From an uncultured Bacteroidota bacterium (GTDB lineage Bacteria > Bacteroidota > Bacteroidia > Chitinophagales > Saprospiraceae): a stretch of 58,306 nt of DNA. The translations under genes were made by a program, and so were the position numbers. Each line of letters begins with the position of its first letter. Positions within the stretch are counted from its first letter, which is position 1. Below the pieces are notes generated by a model, which was given only the letters and a program-made list of their open reading frames with translations, was not told the origin of the DNA and ran no database searches. Location: assembly GCA_903854205.1 (NCBI GenBank), contig CAINVS010000290.1:1-58306 (forward strand), in the 5' to 3' direction. Of the stretch, positions 29,581 to 38,977 are shown one piece after another.

Positions 29581-30633
29581 TTAAAATTCGGTAAATCTGG
29601 TTGATATTCCAAAATGGTGTACCATGCCACCCAAATGATAGGATGCAAAGCCGTAGTCGATATTAAATTTATACACTTTTATACCAAATCCGGCCGAGAA
29701 TCCGGCCAGTGAACGCAGTCCGCTGATGGCCATTTCACCCTGACGAAGACGGTCATAACCCAATCGAATTCTAAATACCTCTTTTTTGCCTATTAACAAT
29801 TCCAGGTTAAAAGTAAGGTGTCTAAAAACATTGTCAACAACTTCCCCTGCTGTTACTTTATCTACTATTGTAGCTGTTCCTAAAATACCATCTTCTTCCA
29901 AAGCTATGTCGTCGTATCTGACATTCCATTTATGAAGGTGATGTCCGATTACCGAAAATCGTAAAGGCAGGTATTTTAATTTGTGAGAAACACCAAACTG
30001 TGCATCGAATGGCAATTTATGCCTTTTTCCATCTTTTGCATAGGTAGTAAACTGCTTCCCCAGATTTTTAAGTACCAAACCCAACACTAATCTTTTAGAT
30101 GTATCGGCATACATTCCGGCCCAATCACTTGACCAGCCTAAGGAATTGTAACCTTCAAATGTCGATGTTATTATTTTCTGATTGGTTCCAAAGCTTAGTT
30201 TTTCAGTAGCCTGATAGCTGACTCCACCTCCAATGGCTGCTTCAGAAGCATTAAATTCTCCATTTAAATCGCCATAGTCGTTTGTCCTGTCGAATTTTCC
30301 ATGACTGATATGCTGTATTCCACCATGTACTGTCAGCGGTAGTTTTCCAAAATGATAAGCGTAGCCAGCATAACCATGGGTTATGCCCGCAAAATAGACA
30401 CTTTGCTGTACAGTTGCGGAATGATGCATTTCACTGTTAAGTGCTGCAGGATTTTGAACCGCCAAAGACAGGTCGTTATCTTTTACCGTAATAAGACTGC
30501 CGCCCATGGCTGTGACACGGGCACTGTATGAAAGATTCAAAAAATCATAGGTATTTCTTCCACCTGTTACCTGAGCTTCAGCAATTGTTCCAAATGAAAT
30601 CAGCAAAAGAAGAAATGCAGTATATTTCGTCAT
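29581..30633 (-). CDS. porQ: T9SS protein PorQ
   Basis: QVTGGRNTYDFLNL..SARVTAMGG, NPAAL, KLKYLPLRFS, LAGFSAGFG. Confidence 0.88.
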   Translation of the reverse strand: MTKYTAFLLLLISFGTIAEAQVTGGRNTYDFLNLSYSARVTAMGGSLITVKDNDLSLAVQNPAALNSEMHHSATVQQSVYFAGITHGYAGYAYHFGKLPLTVHGGIQHISHGKFDRTNDYGDLNGEFNASEAAIGGGVSYQATEKLSFGTNQKIITSTFEGYNSLGWSSDWAGMYADTSKRLVLGLVLKNLGKQFTTYAKDGKRHKLPFDAQFGVSHKLKYLPLRFSVIGHHLHKWNVRYDDIALEEDGILGTATIVDKVTAGEVVDNVFRHLTFNLELLIGKKEVFRIRLGYDRLRQGEMAISGLRSLAGFSAGFGIKVYKFNIDYGFASYHLGGMVHHFGISTRFTEF

Positions 30634-30660
30634 AATGTAAATTCTCTAGTTTTTATAATA

Positions 30661-31281
30661 TCAATCAGCTTTATTTTCAGAAGGTTTTAGTTCCCAAACT
30701 GTTTCGCAGGTTCCTTTTTCACAGTGCTGCTTTCGGATAAAACCCCCTTCGTCATTATAATGTTTAATGGTTCCTTCAGGTATCGGGCCATTTAGGAAAT
30801 GTCCCTCTTCCTTAATTTTTCCATTTTGATGGTATATAATATAAGCACCGTTTTCAACACTTTTACTGAAAGAAACGATTTCTTTAAGCACTCCGTTGGG
30901 ATAATAGGTCTTTAAATCACCTTCTATATTGTTATTTATGTATTTCCCCTCCTGATGAAGTACTCCGGTTGCGTACCAATACTTAAATGGGCCTTCATAT
31001 GAGCCCATCTCAGAACTTGAAATATAGTGTAATTGCCCATTCGGGTGATAACTCTTTTCTTCGCCATGCAATTTACCATTTTTATAATACATTTCCATAG
31101 CGAGTCGACCATTTTCATGATAGAGTCGGTAATATCCGTGTCGGACTTCCGTTTTTCTTAATTGCTGATATTTTGTTTCCAAAATACCTGTTGTACTTTT
31201 TGTGCTTACTACCTGTATTTTGCAGGATGCGACGAAAAAAAGTAAGAATATTATGAAAAATATACCCGAGGAGTATTTCAT
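30661..31281 (-). CDS. MORN-variant repeat (YwqK-like) lipoprotein
   Basis: Lipobox VASC; repeated YHxNG.L...G.Y..G...G units. Confidence 0.82.
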   Translation of the reverse strand: MKYSSGIFFIIFLLFFVASCKIQVVSTKSTTGILETKYQQLRKTEVRHGYYRLYHENGRLAMEMYYKNGKLHGEEKSYHPNGQLHYISSSEMGSYEGPFKYWYATGVLHQEGKYINNNIEGDLKTYYPNGVLKEIVSFSKSVENGAYIIYHQNGKIKEEGHFLNGPIPEGTIKHYNDEGGFIRKQHCEKGTCETVWELKPSENKAD

Positions 31282-31303
31282 AGTTTTGTATATTATAATA
31301 ACA

Positions 31304-31334
31304 AAAGGCTGTAACCAATACTGATACAGCCTTT
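31304..31334 (-). terminator. Terminator-like hairpin between the two MORN genes
   Basis: AAAGGCTGTA...TACAGCCTTT 10-bp stem. Confidence 0.6.
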
Positions 31335-31379
31335 AATTTAAACGTAAATTCGAAACAAATGGTTATTTGGTTCTGTATA

Positions 31380-32072
31380 TTATTTTTTCTCTTCAGTCGT
31401 CGGACATTTCTGTTTCATATCTTTTAGTACTTCTGAACATATTTCGCTGCTTGGCTTTACATCACCTTTCGCAAGGGACCAAAAGGTACAGCATACACCG
31501 GCTCTGCAAATTTTCTTGAATTCCAATTCACCGCTAGCATCCTCTTTGTACATTTCCAAAAGGCAATGTTCTTTATTTTTATCATAACTGCCTTTTGCTT
31601 TCAATTTTCCATTATCGAAATACTCTTCAAAGGGGCCATTCATCTCAGATTTCAGCATAACTACCTGCTCTTTGAGCTGACCGTTAGGATAGTATGTTTT
31701 CAAATCTCCTTCAATATATTCATCAACATGTTTACCTTCCTGATAAAGTTTACCATTATCATGAAAATATTTAAATGGTCCGTTGAATTTGCCTTTATCA
31801 ACTAAAATTTCAGCTTTAAGTTTTCCATTATCATGGTAATGCTTTTCCACTCCTACCAATGAATCGTTTCTGAATTCTTTTTCAGTAACGAGCTTTCCGT
31901 TGATTGTAACTTTGTAGTATCCTTGTTTTACTTTGCGGATAGTATCCATTTGGTACTCGGTAACTGCATTATCCAATTTCTCTTGCTTTACAGCGATAGG
32001 ATTTTTAGGCTTGTTATCACAGGCGTAGGCTAACATCATTAGCACAAATGCCATAAAAATTAAGTTTTTCAT
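31380..32072 (-). CDS. MORN-variant repeat (YwqK-like) lipoprotein with Cys-rich C-terminus
   Basis: Lipobox AYAC; Y(H/F)DNGKL repeats. Start moved to ATG 32072. Confidence 0.82.
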   Translation of the reverse strand: MKNLIFMAFVLMMLAYACDNKPKNPIAVKQEKLDNAVTEYQMDTIRKVKQGYYKVTINGKLVTEKEFRNDSLVGVEKHYHDNGKLKAEILVDKGKFNGPFKYFHDNGKLYQEGKHVDEYIEGDLKTYYPNGQLKEQVVMLKSEMNGPFEEYFDNGKLKAKGSYDKNKEHCLLEMYKEDASGELEFKKICRAGVCCTFWSLAKGDVKPSSEICSEVLKDMKQKCPTTEEKK

Positions 32073-32203
32073 AGTTGAGTTATTTAGGTTATTAAGAATT
32101 CTAAAATTTAATGAGGAATTCAAAATAAGTTACAATTTCATTACAAAAATAATTCTTGCTCTTAATATTCCTAAGAAAATAAGCAGAAAAAGTAGTTTTA
32201 TCT

Positions 32204-32248
32204 CAGAACCGTCACTAGAGTTCGTAATGAACCAAGGCTACGAAGCAT
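32204..32248 (-). repeat. Repeat family A, copy 2
   Basis: Minus strand reads ATGCTTCGTAGCCTTGGTTCATTACGAACTCTAGTGACGGTTCTG. Confidence 0.8.
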
Positions 32249-32309
32249 GAGTTGAAAAATAATGTCAGGAGTATCGGACAGCGACGCCCAATTTTATCCG
32301 TTAGCTGCT

Positions 32310-32370
32310 ACTTGATTTTTTGTCTTGTCAGTTGCTGACAAGAAAAGAATAGCTCCGGCAGGATGAGGAT
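32310..32370 (+). repeat. Repeat family B, joined copy
   Basis: ACTTGATTTTTTG-TCTTGTCAGTTGCTGACAAGA-AAAGAATAGCTCCGGCAGGATGAGGAT carries both halves seen at 23152 and 23280. Confidence 0.7.
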
Positions 32371-32413
32371 CACTGGATATTGGGTTTATTATACATACAG
32401 AAACATTTAAAAA

Positions 32414-32444
32414 CCCTACAAAAGGCCTCGGCACATTTGTAGGG
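32414..32444 (-). terminator. Terminator-like hairpin after the greA-HIT operon
   Basis: CCCTACAAA...TTTGTAGGG stem with a T-run on the minus strand. Confidence 0.55.
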
Positions 32445-32501
32445 CTTCTATTCAACCGCTTTTAAAGCGACTGACGTAAGAAGGTATTTTGGAACAGTAT
32501 C

Positions 32502-32897
32502 TTAAATAAAATGAGTATTTATGGCAGTTGATAGACTTAAAAATTCATCGTTAGTCATCTTTATACGTTCTTTGGTAAAAGATAAAGACCCGGTATTATG
32601 TAGTGGTACTAGGTGAACATGGGTGTGAGGCACTTCAAGTCCTATAACGGCAACTCCAATTCTAAGACAGGGAACAGCTTTTTTGACAGCTTTTGCAACC
32701 CTTTTAGCAAAAAGATGCAATTTGGCCAGATCTTCATCTTCCATATCAAAGATATAATCAACTTCCTTTTTTGGAACCACAAGGGTATGTCCCTTCTCTA
32801 CAGGTGTTATGTCTAAAAATGCCAAAAAGTCATCATTCTCGGCAATTTTATAACAGGGTATTTCACCATTTATTATTCTAGAAAAAATGCTGGCCAT
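32502..32897 (-). CDS. HIT family nucleotide hydrolase
   Basis: IFSRII.GEIP, GHTLVVPK, HTHVH triad. Confidence 0.93.
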   Translation of the reverse strand: MASIFSRIINGEIPCYKIAENDDFLAFLDITPVEKGHTLVVPKKEVDYIFDMEDEDLAKLHLFAKRVAKAVKKAVPCLRIGVAVIGLEVPHTHVHLVPLHNTGSLSFTKERIKMTNDEFLSLSTAINTHFI

Positions 32898-32926
32898 AGT
32901 ATCTGTTGTATTCTAAAATACAAATC

Positions 32927-33409
32927 TTAGAGATCGATTTTGATATCTAAAATTTTAAATTGAATAATACCGCCCGGAGTTTGAATATCTACTATATCTC
33001 CAATTACCTTGCCGAGCAAACCCTGACCAATGGGCGAGTTTACTGAAATTTTTCCAAGTTTCAGATCTGCTTCGGTTTCTGACACCAAGGTGTATGAAAC
33101 CTCTTTTTTAGTTTTGAGGTTTTTAAGTTTAACTGTAGTAAGAATGACCACTTTTGAGGAATCAAGATCTGCCTCATTTACAATGCGTGCATTGGCCATC
33201 ACTTCTTCCATTTGTTTTATTTTCAGTTCGAGCAAGCCTTGAGCTTCTTTAGCTGCATCATATTCGGCATTTTCAGAAAGGTCACCTTTTTCGCGTGCTT
33301 CCCCGATCTGACTGGCAACTTTCTGGCGTTCTACGGTTCTCAATTCATCCAGTTCCGCTTTAAGTTTATCATACCCCTCTCTAGTCATGTAGGATATTTT
33401 GTTCGCCAT
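32927..33409 (-). CDS. greA: Transcription elongation factor GreA
   Basis: GDLSENAEYDAAKE and ISVNSPIGQGL motifs. Start moved to ATG 33409. Confidence 0.96.
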   Translation of the reverse strand: MANKISYMTREGYDKLKAELDELRTVERQKVASQIGEAREKGDLSENAEYDAAKEAQGLLELKIKQMEEVMANARIVNEADLDSSKVVILTTVKLKNLKTKKEVSYTLVSETEADLKLGKISVNSPIGQGLLGKVIGDIVDIQTPGGIIQFKILDIKIDL

Positions 33410-33446
33410 CTTCTTAGTTTTTAGAAAATTAATAATAAAACTATAC

Positions 33447-33613
33447 AAAAAAGAAAGGACGTACCTCTCAGATGAGCAGGGACGGCCTGAAGGAATTTTA
33501 CTTTTCTATTTGGAGATAATGATTAAAGGCATTAATGCTCGATAACATAATGAAAGAACGTCCCACTCTTGAAGAGCGGAACGTTCTTTTCCAATCTTAA
33601 TATTACAAAGGTA
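33447..33613 (-). promoter_or_regulatory. greA leader: TACCTTTG promoter element and two related terminator-like hairpins
   Basis: TAnnTTTG at 33606-33613; hairpins at 33553-33589 and 33456-33488, each followed by a T-rich tract on the minus strand. Confidence 0.6.
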
Positions 33614-33639
33614 TAATTATTATTTTAAAATAGCAAGAA

Positions 33640-34713
33640 TTAAATGTTCAATTTTAAGCCAATGGAATGCGTGCCTTTGAAAACACGGGTATACTCATAA
33701 GCATAGTCAAAACCGATGCGTTGAGCAGATCCTTTTCTAAAAGGTACTTCAGCAGTAACACCTGCTGTAAAGCCGCCGCTTGCTGTAGTTGAAGTGATAG
33801 GATTGAACATTCTGCTTTCGTATTTGAACCCTGCACGAGCCATGAACATTTCACGGAATCCGTACTCAAAACCAATACCTAACTGATCTCTTGAGAATGA
33901 ATTTGCAGTGAAATTTCCTACAACTGTCATACGGTTGGTTTTCTCTGAGAAGAGAAAATCGTATGAAAGTCCGATGTTCAATAAGGAAGGCAATTCGAAA
34001 CCTGCTGGACGTCCATCAACAGAAAGCGCTGTATTTCCGTTTGGCGCAATACCAGTAAAGGTAAGACCATCACCTCTAAATTTCATTTTGGTACCAATGT
34101 TGCGTAATGCTATACCGAATTTAACCTGACGGTCGGCACCGGTTACATACTGAACACCTGCATCAAAAGCAACACCAGTTGCAGATGCGTTGGCAATTGA
34201 TTCGTTGACAACACGCATAGCTAAACCTACAGCAACTTTTTCAAGTTTGGTTTTTTCATCGCGGAATACATAACTGTAAGCAATGCCGATATTGAAGAAA
34301 GAGGGTTTGAACGTAGAAAAACCTTCGGGTTGATTTACAGTTGTGAGAGGTATTTCTCCAAAACCTACAGACATGATGCTAACACCAATCGCACCGTTTT
34401 CACCTATGCGTTGAGCCAATCCTGCAGTGTTAAGGCTAAGTCCCGTACCTACAAGATACTGTGTATGGGCAATTCCAACTTCAGTTCTGCCTGAAATACG
34501 TCCAACACCAGCAGGGTTGAAGTTCATAGCTTCAATACCCGTAACTCTTGCAGTTACCAGACCATTTAGACCTGCCGCACGAGCCCAAGGGTTGATCAGC
34601 AACTCATAAGCACCTGCCTCACCCTGACGATCAGGATTTCCGGCAAAAGTCTGAGTGCCACCCATGAGCATAGCGAGTACGAGTCCCGATATGAATAAAG
34701 ATGTATTTTTCAT
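33640..34713 (-). CDS. PorV/PorQ family (UPF0164-like) outer-membrane beta-barrel
   Basis: GNPDRQGEAGAYELLINPWAR, NPAG, DAGVQY, FELPSLLNIG, GTHSIG. Start moved to ATG 34713. Confidence 0.85.
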   Translation of the reverse strand: MKNTSLFISGLVLAMLMGGTQTFAGNPDRQGEAGAYELLINPWARAAGLNGLVTARVTGIEAMNFNPAGVGRISGRTEVGIAHTQYLVGTGLSLNTAGLAQRIGENGAIGVSIMSVGFGEIPLTTVNQPEGFSTFKPSFFNIGIAYSYVFRDEKTKLEKVAVGLAMRVVNESIANASATGVAFDAGVQYVTGADRQVKFGIALRNIGTKMKFRGDGLTFTGIAPNGNTALSVDGRPAGFELPSLLNIGLSYDFLFSEKTNRMTVVGNFTANSFSRDQLGIGFEYGFREMFMARAGFKYESRMFNPITSTTASGGFTAGVTAEVPFRKGSAQRIGFDYAYEYTRVFKGTHSIGLKLNI

Positions 34714-34777
34714 GATTATCCTGTTTTTTTGATATGTCGGGGCAGGCAAACCTACCCCGATTGTTTAAGATTAGACG

Positions 34778-37700
34778 CTATAGTTTTTGAGCATCGAGAG
34801 CTCTGTTGATGATGAAGCTTTTCAGTACACGCTCCCCAACACCGGGTATGGTAACATGTATTAGATAAACTCCACTACCTACAGGTACACCAAATGAATT
34901 TTTTAAATCCCAGTCTACTGAAGTAGAAATCTGCTCTTCGATGTCACCGCTTCCAAACGCACCGATTCTGGCAATACCGTTTCTAATTTCGGCATTATAC
35001 TCCTGAGCAATTTTGTACTCACGAACCAAACGACCGTCCAAGCCATAGATACGTACATCGCATTTTGCCGGTATATTGGTAACTTTAACTATATTTTGTG
35101 TTTCTGTCTGCTCGTACTGTGAATAAGCATAATATGGATTTGGAACTACGCGCATCAAATCAAGAGCTGATTCGAGTGAACTTTGCTCTTCTTTACTTGG
35201 AGACAGAGATGTCAAATCAAACTCATACAGTGGGTAACCATTGTTGTCACCTGTTGCTGTAAATACTTCATAAGGAGTTTTCACACGAAGCTTGAAAGTC
35301 AAATCATCCGGCGGAATATGTCCCTCTGTTTTTGGATTAAGGGAGTTGTCCAACATAGATGTACCTTTTTCCATATGCATCATGACCGACCAAATAATTG
35401 TTTTATCAATCAATACGCGGTAACCTTTTTGTACACCACCCGGAAGAGTTGCATTATATTTTGTAATAACAGCCTGACATTGGTCGTAAGGTGTAGAAGT
35501 AACATAGATTGCGTGCTGACCACCCAATACTGCTGCGAGGAAAAGATTTTCTTCTCCAAAAACAGGAATACCACTTGGTGGCGCCGCCTGAACCATGTTT
35601 GTTGGATTGAATAACATATCGTTACCGGTATTAGAGCCCGGGAATATGTTGTTGTCAAAGAAAGCACCATTATAGAATGAATTTTCTCCAAAGAAAATGT
35701 TTAAACGCTCACCTGTCTCAACATCATATGCATAACCCGGGAACCATGACATACCTGCTGCTGCTGGATCATTGTCAACATTACCGTCTTTATCTCGGCC
35801 GGGTTGATTGTTTTTCCAATCAACACTTGTTTTTCCGCTTGGAATTGCAAGACCTAATCCATCAGTCGGGTCAGAATGATATCTTGTAGCTGTTTCAGTT
35901 ACTATACAACGACTCCATTTTGATTTATCTTTAGTCATGACAATGTTTACATTGCGCAGGTTAGATAAAAGACTGTTTCTGTTGTTTATATTAGTTCTCC
36001 AAGGATTGGCATAGGAAATACCTGATTCTTGAACCTGAGTTGTAGTTACAATAAATTCTCCTGAAGAAAAGGATGGGTAGGCCAACATAAACGGATGCCA
36101 TCCATCTACCATTTTAGCATAATCTTCAGCCGGGTCAAGTGATTGATCCTGTTGTGAATTACCAGTTTTAAGATAATCGAATGGTGGTGTGCCATCCGAA
36201 ATACCGACAAACCAAGGTTTTTTGGTAGTATCGGCATACTCTGCTGTACTGCCAATATAACCGCTGACACCTCCAGCTCCAGGAGCAGAAATTCTTTCCA
36301 CTATTAGAGATATACCTAATTCAGGTACATATTGCTCATAATTAACAGAAAGCGGCTGATAAGAAGACCAGAAAGCAGTAGGGTCATTTACTTCTTTCAA
36401 AACCCAAAACAATGAATCTGCCAAAGCTGTAACTCCTGTAGGCGGTACTGGGGTTAGAACTATACCAGCTGCAGTTGTATCACGATCCCACTGATAGTTC
36501 TGATCACTTATATACAACTGGAATTTGCCTGATGGTACGCGAAGTGGATCAACAACTTTCACATCAATCGGACCTTTGCCTTTTGCATAAGTGATTTTTC
36601 CGAGTGTACCATTGTTGAGAATCTCAGCTTCAGCAGCAGCAGGATCTGCAAAATCCAAGAAAAGTCCACCACCGTTTCCTTTACCATCAATGCGGGTAAT
36701 TTCAGGGCGGTCTCCATACTCGGAGTTCAATACAATACCATTGTATTCAGGACTGTTTGGACGGGGAATACCCGTATAAATACGGAAATTACGACGACCT
36801 TGCAGATAAGGGGTTGCCTGACCTGTATTTAGCGTAGGGCTATAAGCCTGATACTCATTGTGACCATAAGCAACTACACAGAAGAAGTAAGATTTGTGAT
36901 TAACAAGTTTTGGATTTTTCAAAGTAAACTTGTCTTCTTTTACCTGGAAGGTATGTTTGATACCTTTGTTCTCACCTTCAACCATAATAGTAGGAATGAA
37001 TGCGTTTACATCAGGATCTGAGAATGCTTCCCAGTTGATAATTTTTGAAACCTGATCCTGCATGTCTACCTGATAAATCATGCGCGCTTTTTCAGGATTT
37101 TCCAAATCTGTAACTGAGATGTTCTCAGAGACTACCTGATAAACTTTATAACCTTGGAACGTATAGCTGCTATCTCCTCCAAAACCACGCAGACGTGCAG
37201 GTGATTCAGAATAACCGAGACGATAGTTATTTTGAGAAGGAACATAAGTCAGGTTCAGAATCAACTCATTTTCCATTTCAACGATATCTACAAATGGTGC
37301 ATCTGGACCATCTGTGATTTTGAAACAGTCATCAAAAAGGTTTTGAGCTAATACGTCATCTTTGATCAATTGAGTAAGACTAGGACATGGATAATCCGGA
37401 ATTTCCGGAGTCCAAACCACGCCTGAAATAAGTTCATTAGTTGCACCGGGTTTCAGTACAAATGGACCGGAAGTATGTAGGAATCTGTAATCTGCGCCTG
37501 TAATTGCTTCACCGCACATAGACCAAGAATCAGGACCATTTTCATTTGGCAATGAGTAAAACACATAAGGGAACTTATCTGCAGTAGGGCCATTTGAACC
37601 ATTACCGCCTCTTGAAATTGGGTCGCCATTAAGCCAAAAACCATCCATCAGACGGTAATGCTGCACTGCTGAACTTGGATTACCGCGAACTCCATCATTG

Positions 37701-38875
37701 GTGTTTTCAAAATAGATGAAAGAAGAGAGTCCGAGCTCGTTACCGGCAGAATCAAGCGGTCCACGGAAATAATCGACACCCAAAGCAGGGATGTTTGTAC
37801 CATAACCAACGGCATCAGTACCACATGTAGCATCATCATTAGCATCTGCATTGTAAACATAGCCAAGACCGGTGATAGTATCTACACCGATATAGTCATC
37901 ATTATAACAACCTAAGTCAGGGTCAGACCACAATGAGAAGTAAGTTTTATTCAAAGACAGGTTGTTACGATTCAACAATTTGTAACGGTAGAACGTCATA
38001 TTGTTGATTGCATCTGTAGTACGATAACCGAAAGCCAAACCTTGGATCTCCATTTGCATAGGCTGACCGTTAGTATTGGCGTGAATGTTACCGTTATCAT
38101 TGTAAACCCACCAATTCATCTGATCGGCATAAACCGGATTAAAATAGTTTGGTACACAACCTTGAACTTCAATTACCGGATGATCACCATCATATGGGTC
38201 ATAAATACCGTCTTCACTACCAGCAGGCTCAATAAATGGCGCTAAATCCTGATCAGGAAGTTCAAAGTTGTAAAGTTCGGCAAAATAAGGATTACCTCTA
38301 CCTGGCCAACCCAAAATATTACGGGCGGGACGGGTATCGATAGTCATATCAGACTCCCCAGTTGCAGGATCCGGTTGGAAGTAATCGGCACGAAGAGCAT
38401 CAATTTCAGAACCATAAACTGTAAAGAATCTGTCCCATTTTTCACAGTCTGTTTTTTCAATAGTCCCTGTGCTGGGGTTTAGAGGGCCAGTCCAGTAGTC
38501 GTTACCTGTCTGGCGATAGGTTTGAGCTGCAAGAATTAGGTTACCCCCGTCATCAAATGCACCCAACCAAATACCCCCCGCAAAAAGCGAGGATACTTCC
38601 GGTTGTCCCGAAGCCGGGTCAACATTTGGTACAATGTAACGTGCACGCTGACCATCCCACCAAAGGTCTCCACCAGCGCGCAATCTAGCGCGAACATTAT
38701 TAATGTTAAGATCGGTTTCTGCACGTGCCTCGATACAGGCGGCACGAAACGAATTACCGGTCGTGTTGGTGTTATTTGCTGCCCCCCCCACGAAGTCTCT
38801 GTTCTCTCTCGCCCATACGGTAGGGATAGAGAGCAGAAGCAGCAAAAGCATGGTGAAGTTTGTTAATTTGCTCAT
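34778..38875 (-). CDS. Large T9SS-secreted protein with type A-like C-terminal sorting domain
   Basis: Signal peptide; LNINNVRA N-domain; C-terminal VVPNPYY..IYGLDGRLVR..WDLKN..SGVYLIHV CTD. Confidence 0.85.
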   Translation of the reverse strand: MSKLTNFTMLLLLLLSIPTVWARENRDFVGGAANNTNTTGNSFRAACIEARAETDLNINNVRARLRAGGDLWWDGQRARYIVPNVDPASGQPEVSSLFAGGIWLGAFDDGGNLILAAQTYRQTGNDYWTGPLNPSTGTIEKTDCEKWDRFFTVYGSEIDALRADYFQPDPATGESDMTIDTRPARNILGWPGRGNPYFAELYNFELPDQDLAPFIEPAGSEDGIYDPYDGDHPVIEVQGCVPNYFNPVYADQMNWWVYNDNGNIHANTNGQPMQMEIQGLAFGYRTTDAINNMTFYRYKLLNRNNLSLNKTYFSLWSDPDLGCYNDDYIGVDTITGLGYVYNADANDDATCGTDAVGYGTNIPALGVDYFRGPLDSAGNELGLSSFIYFENTNDGVRGNPSSAVQHYRLMDGFWLNGDPISRGGNGSNGPTADKFPYVFYSLPNENGPDSWSMCGEAITGADYRFLHTSGPFVLKPGATNELISGVVWTPEIPDYPCPSLTQLIKDDVLAQNLFDDCFKITDGPDAPFVDIVEMENELILNLTYVPSQNNYRLGYSESPARLRGFGGDSSYTFQGYKVYQVVSENISVTDLENPEKARMIYQVDMQDQVSKIINWEAFSDPDVNAFIPTIMVEGENKGIKHTFQVKEDKFTLKNPKLVNHKSYFFCVVAYGHNEYQAYSPTLNTGQATPYLQGRRNFRIYTGIPRPNSPEYNGIVLNSEYGDRPEITRIDGKGNGGGLFLDFADPAAAEAEILNNGTLGKITYAKGKGPIDVKVVDPLRVPSGKFQLYISDQNYQWDRDTTAAGIVLTPVPPTGVTALADSLFWVLKEVNDPTAFWSSYQPLSVNYEQYVPELGISLIVERISAPGAGGVSGYIGSTAEYADTTKKPWFVGISDGTPPFDYLKTGNSQQDQSLDPAEDYAKMVDGWHPFMLAYPSFSSGEFIVTTTQVQESGISYANPWRTNINNRNSLLSNLRNVNIVMTKDKSKWSRCIVTETATRYHSDPTDGLGLAIPSGKTSVDWKNNQPGRDKDGNVDNDPAAAGMSWFPGYAYDVETGERLNIFFGENSFYNGAFFDNNIFPGSNTGNDMLFNPTNMVQAAPPSGIPVFGEENLFLAAVLGGQHAIYVTSTPYDQCQAVITKYNATLPGGVQKGYRVLIDKTIIWSVMMHMEKGTSMLDNSLNPKTEGHIPPDDLTFKLRVKTPYEVFTATGDNNGYPLYEFDLTSLSPSKEEQSSLESALDLMRVVPNPYYAYSQYEQTETQNIVKVTNIPAKCDVRIYGLDGRLVREYKIAQEYNAEIRNGIARIGAFGSGDIEEQISTSVDWDLKNSFGVPVGSGVYLIHVTIPGVGERVLKSFIINRALDAQKL

Positions 38876-38977
38876 TGTATAAATTGTTTATAATATGAGG
38901 GACATAGGGTCTGACTGCCAAAGCCGGTGTTCAGACCCAATGTCCAAATATTTAAAATGATTACTATTGATGCAATA

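Noticed and set aside
30661-32072. YwqK-like genes as a toxin-antitoxin module
   Set aside because: No toxin gene is adjacent, and both proteins are predicted exported lipoproteins.
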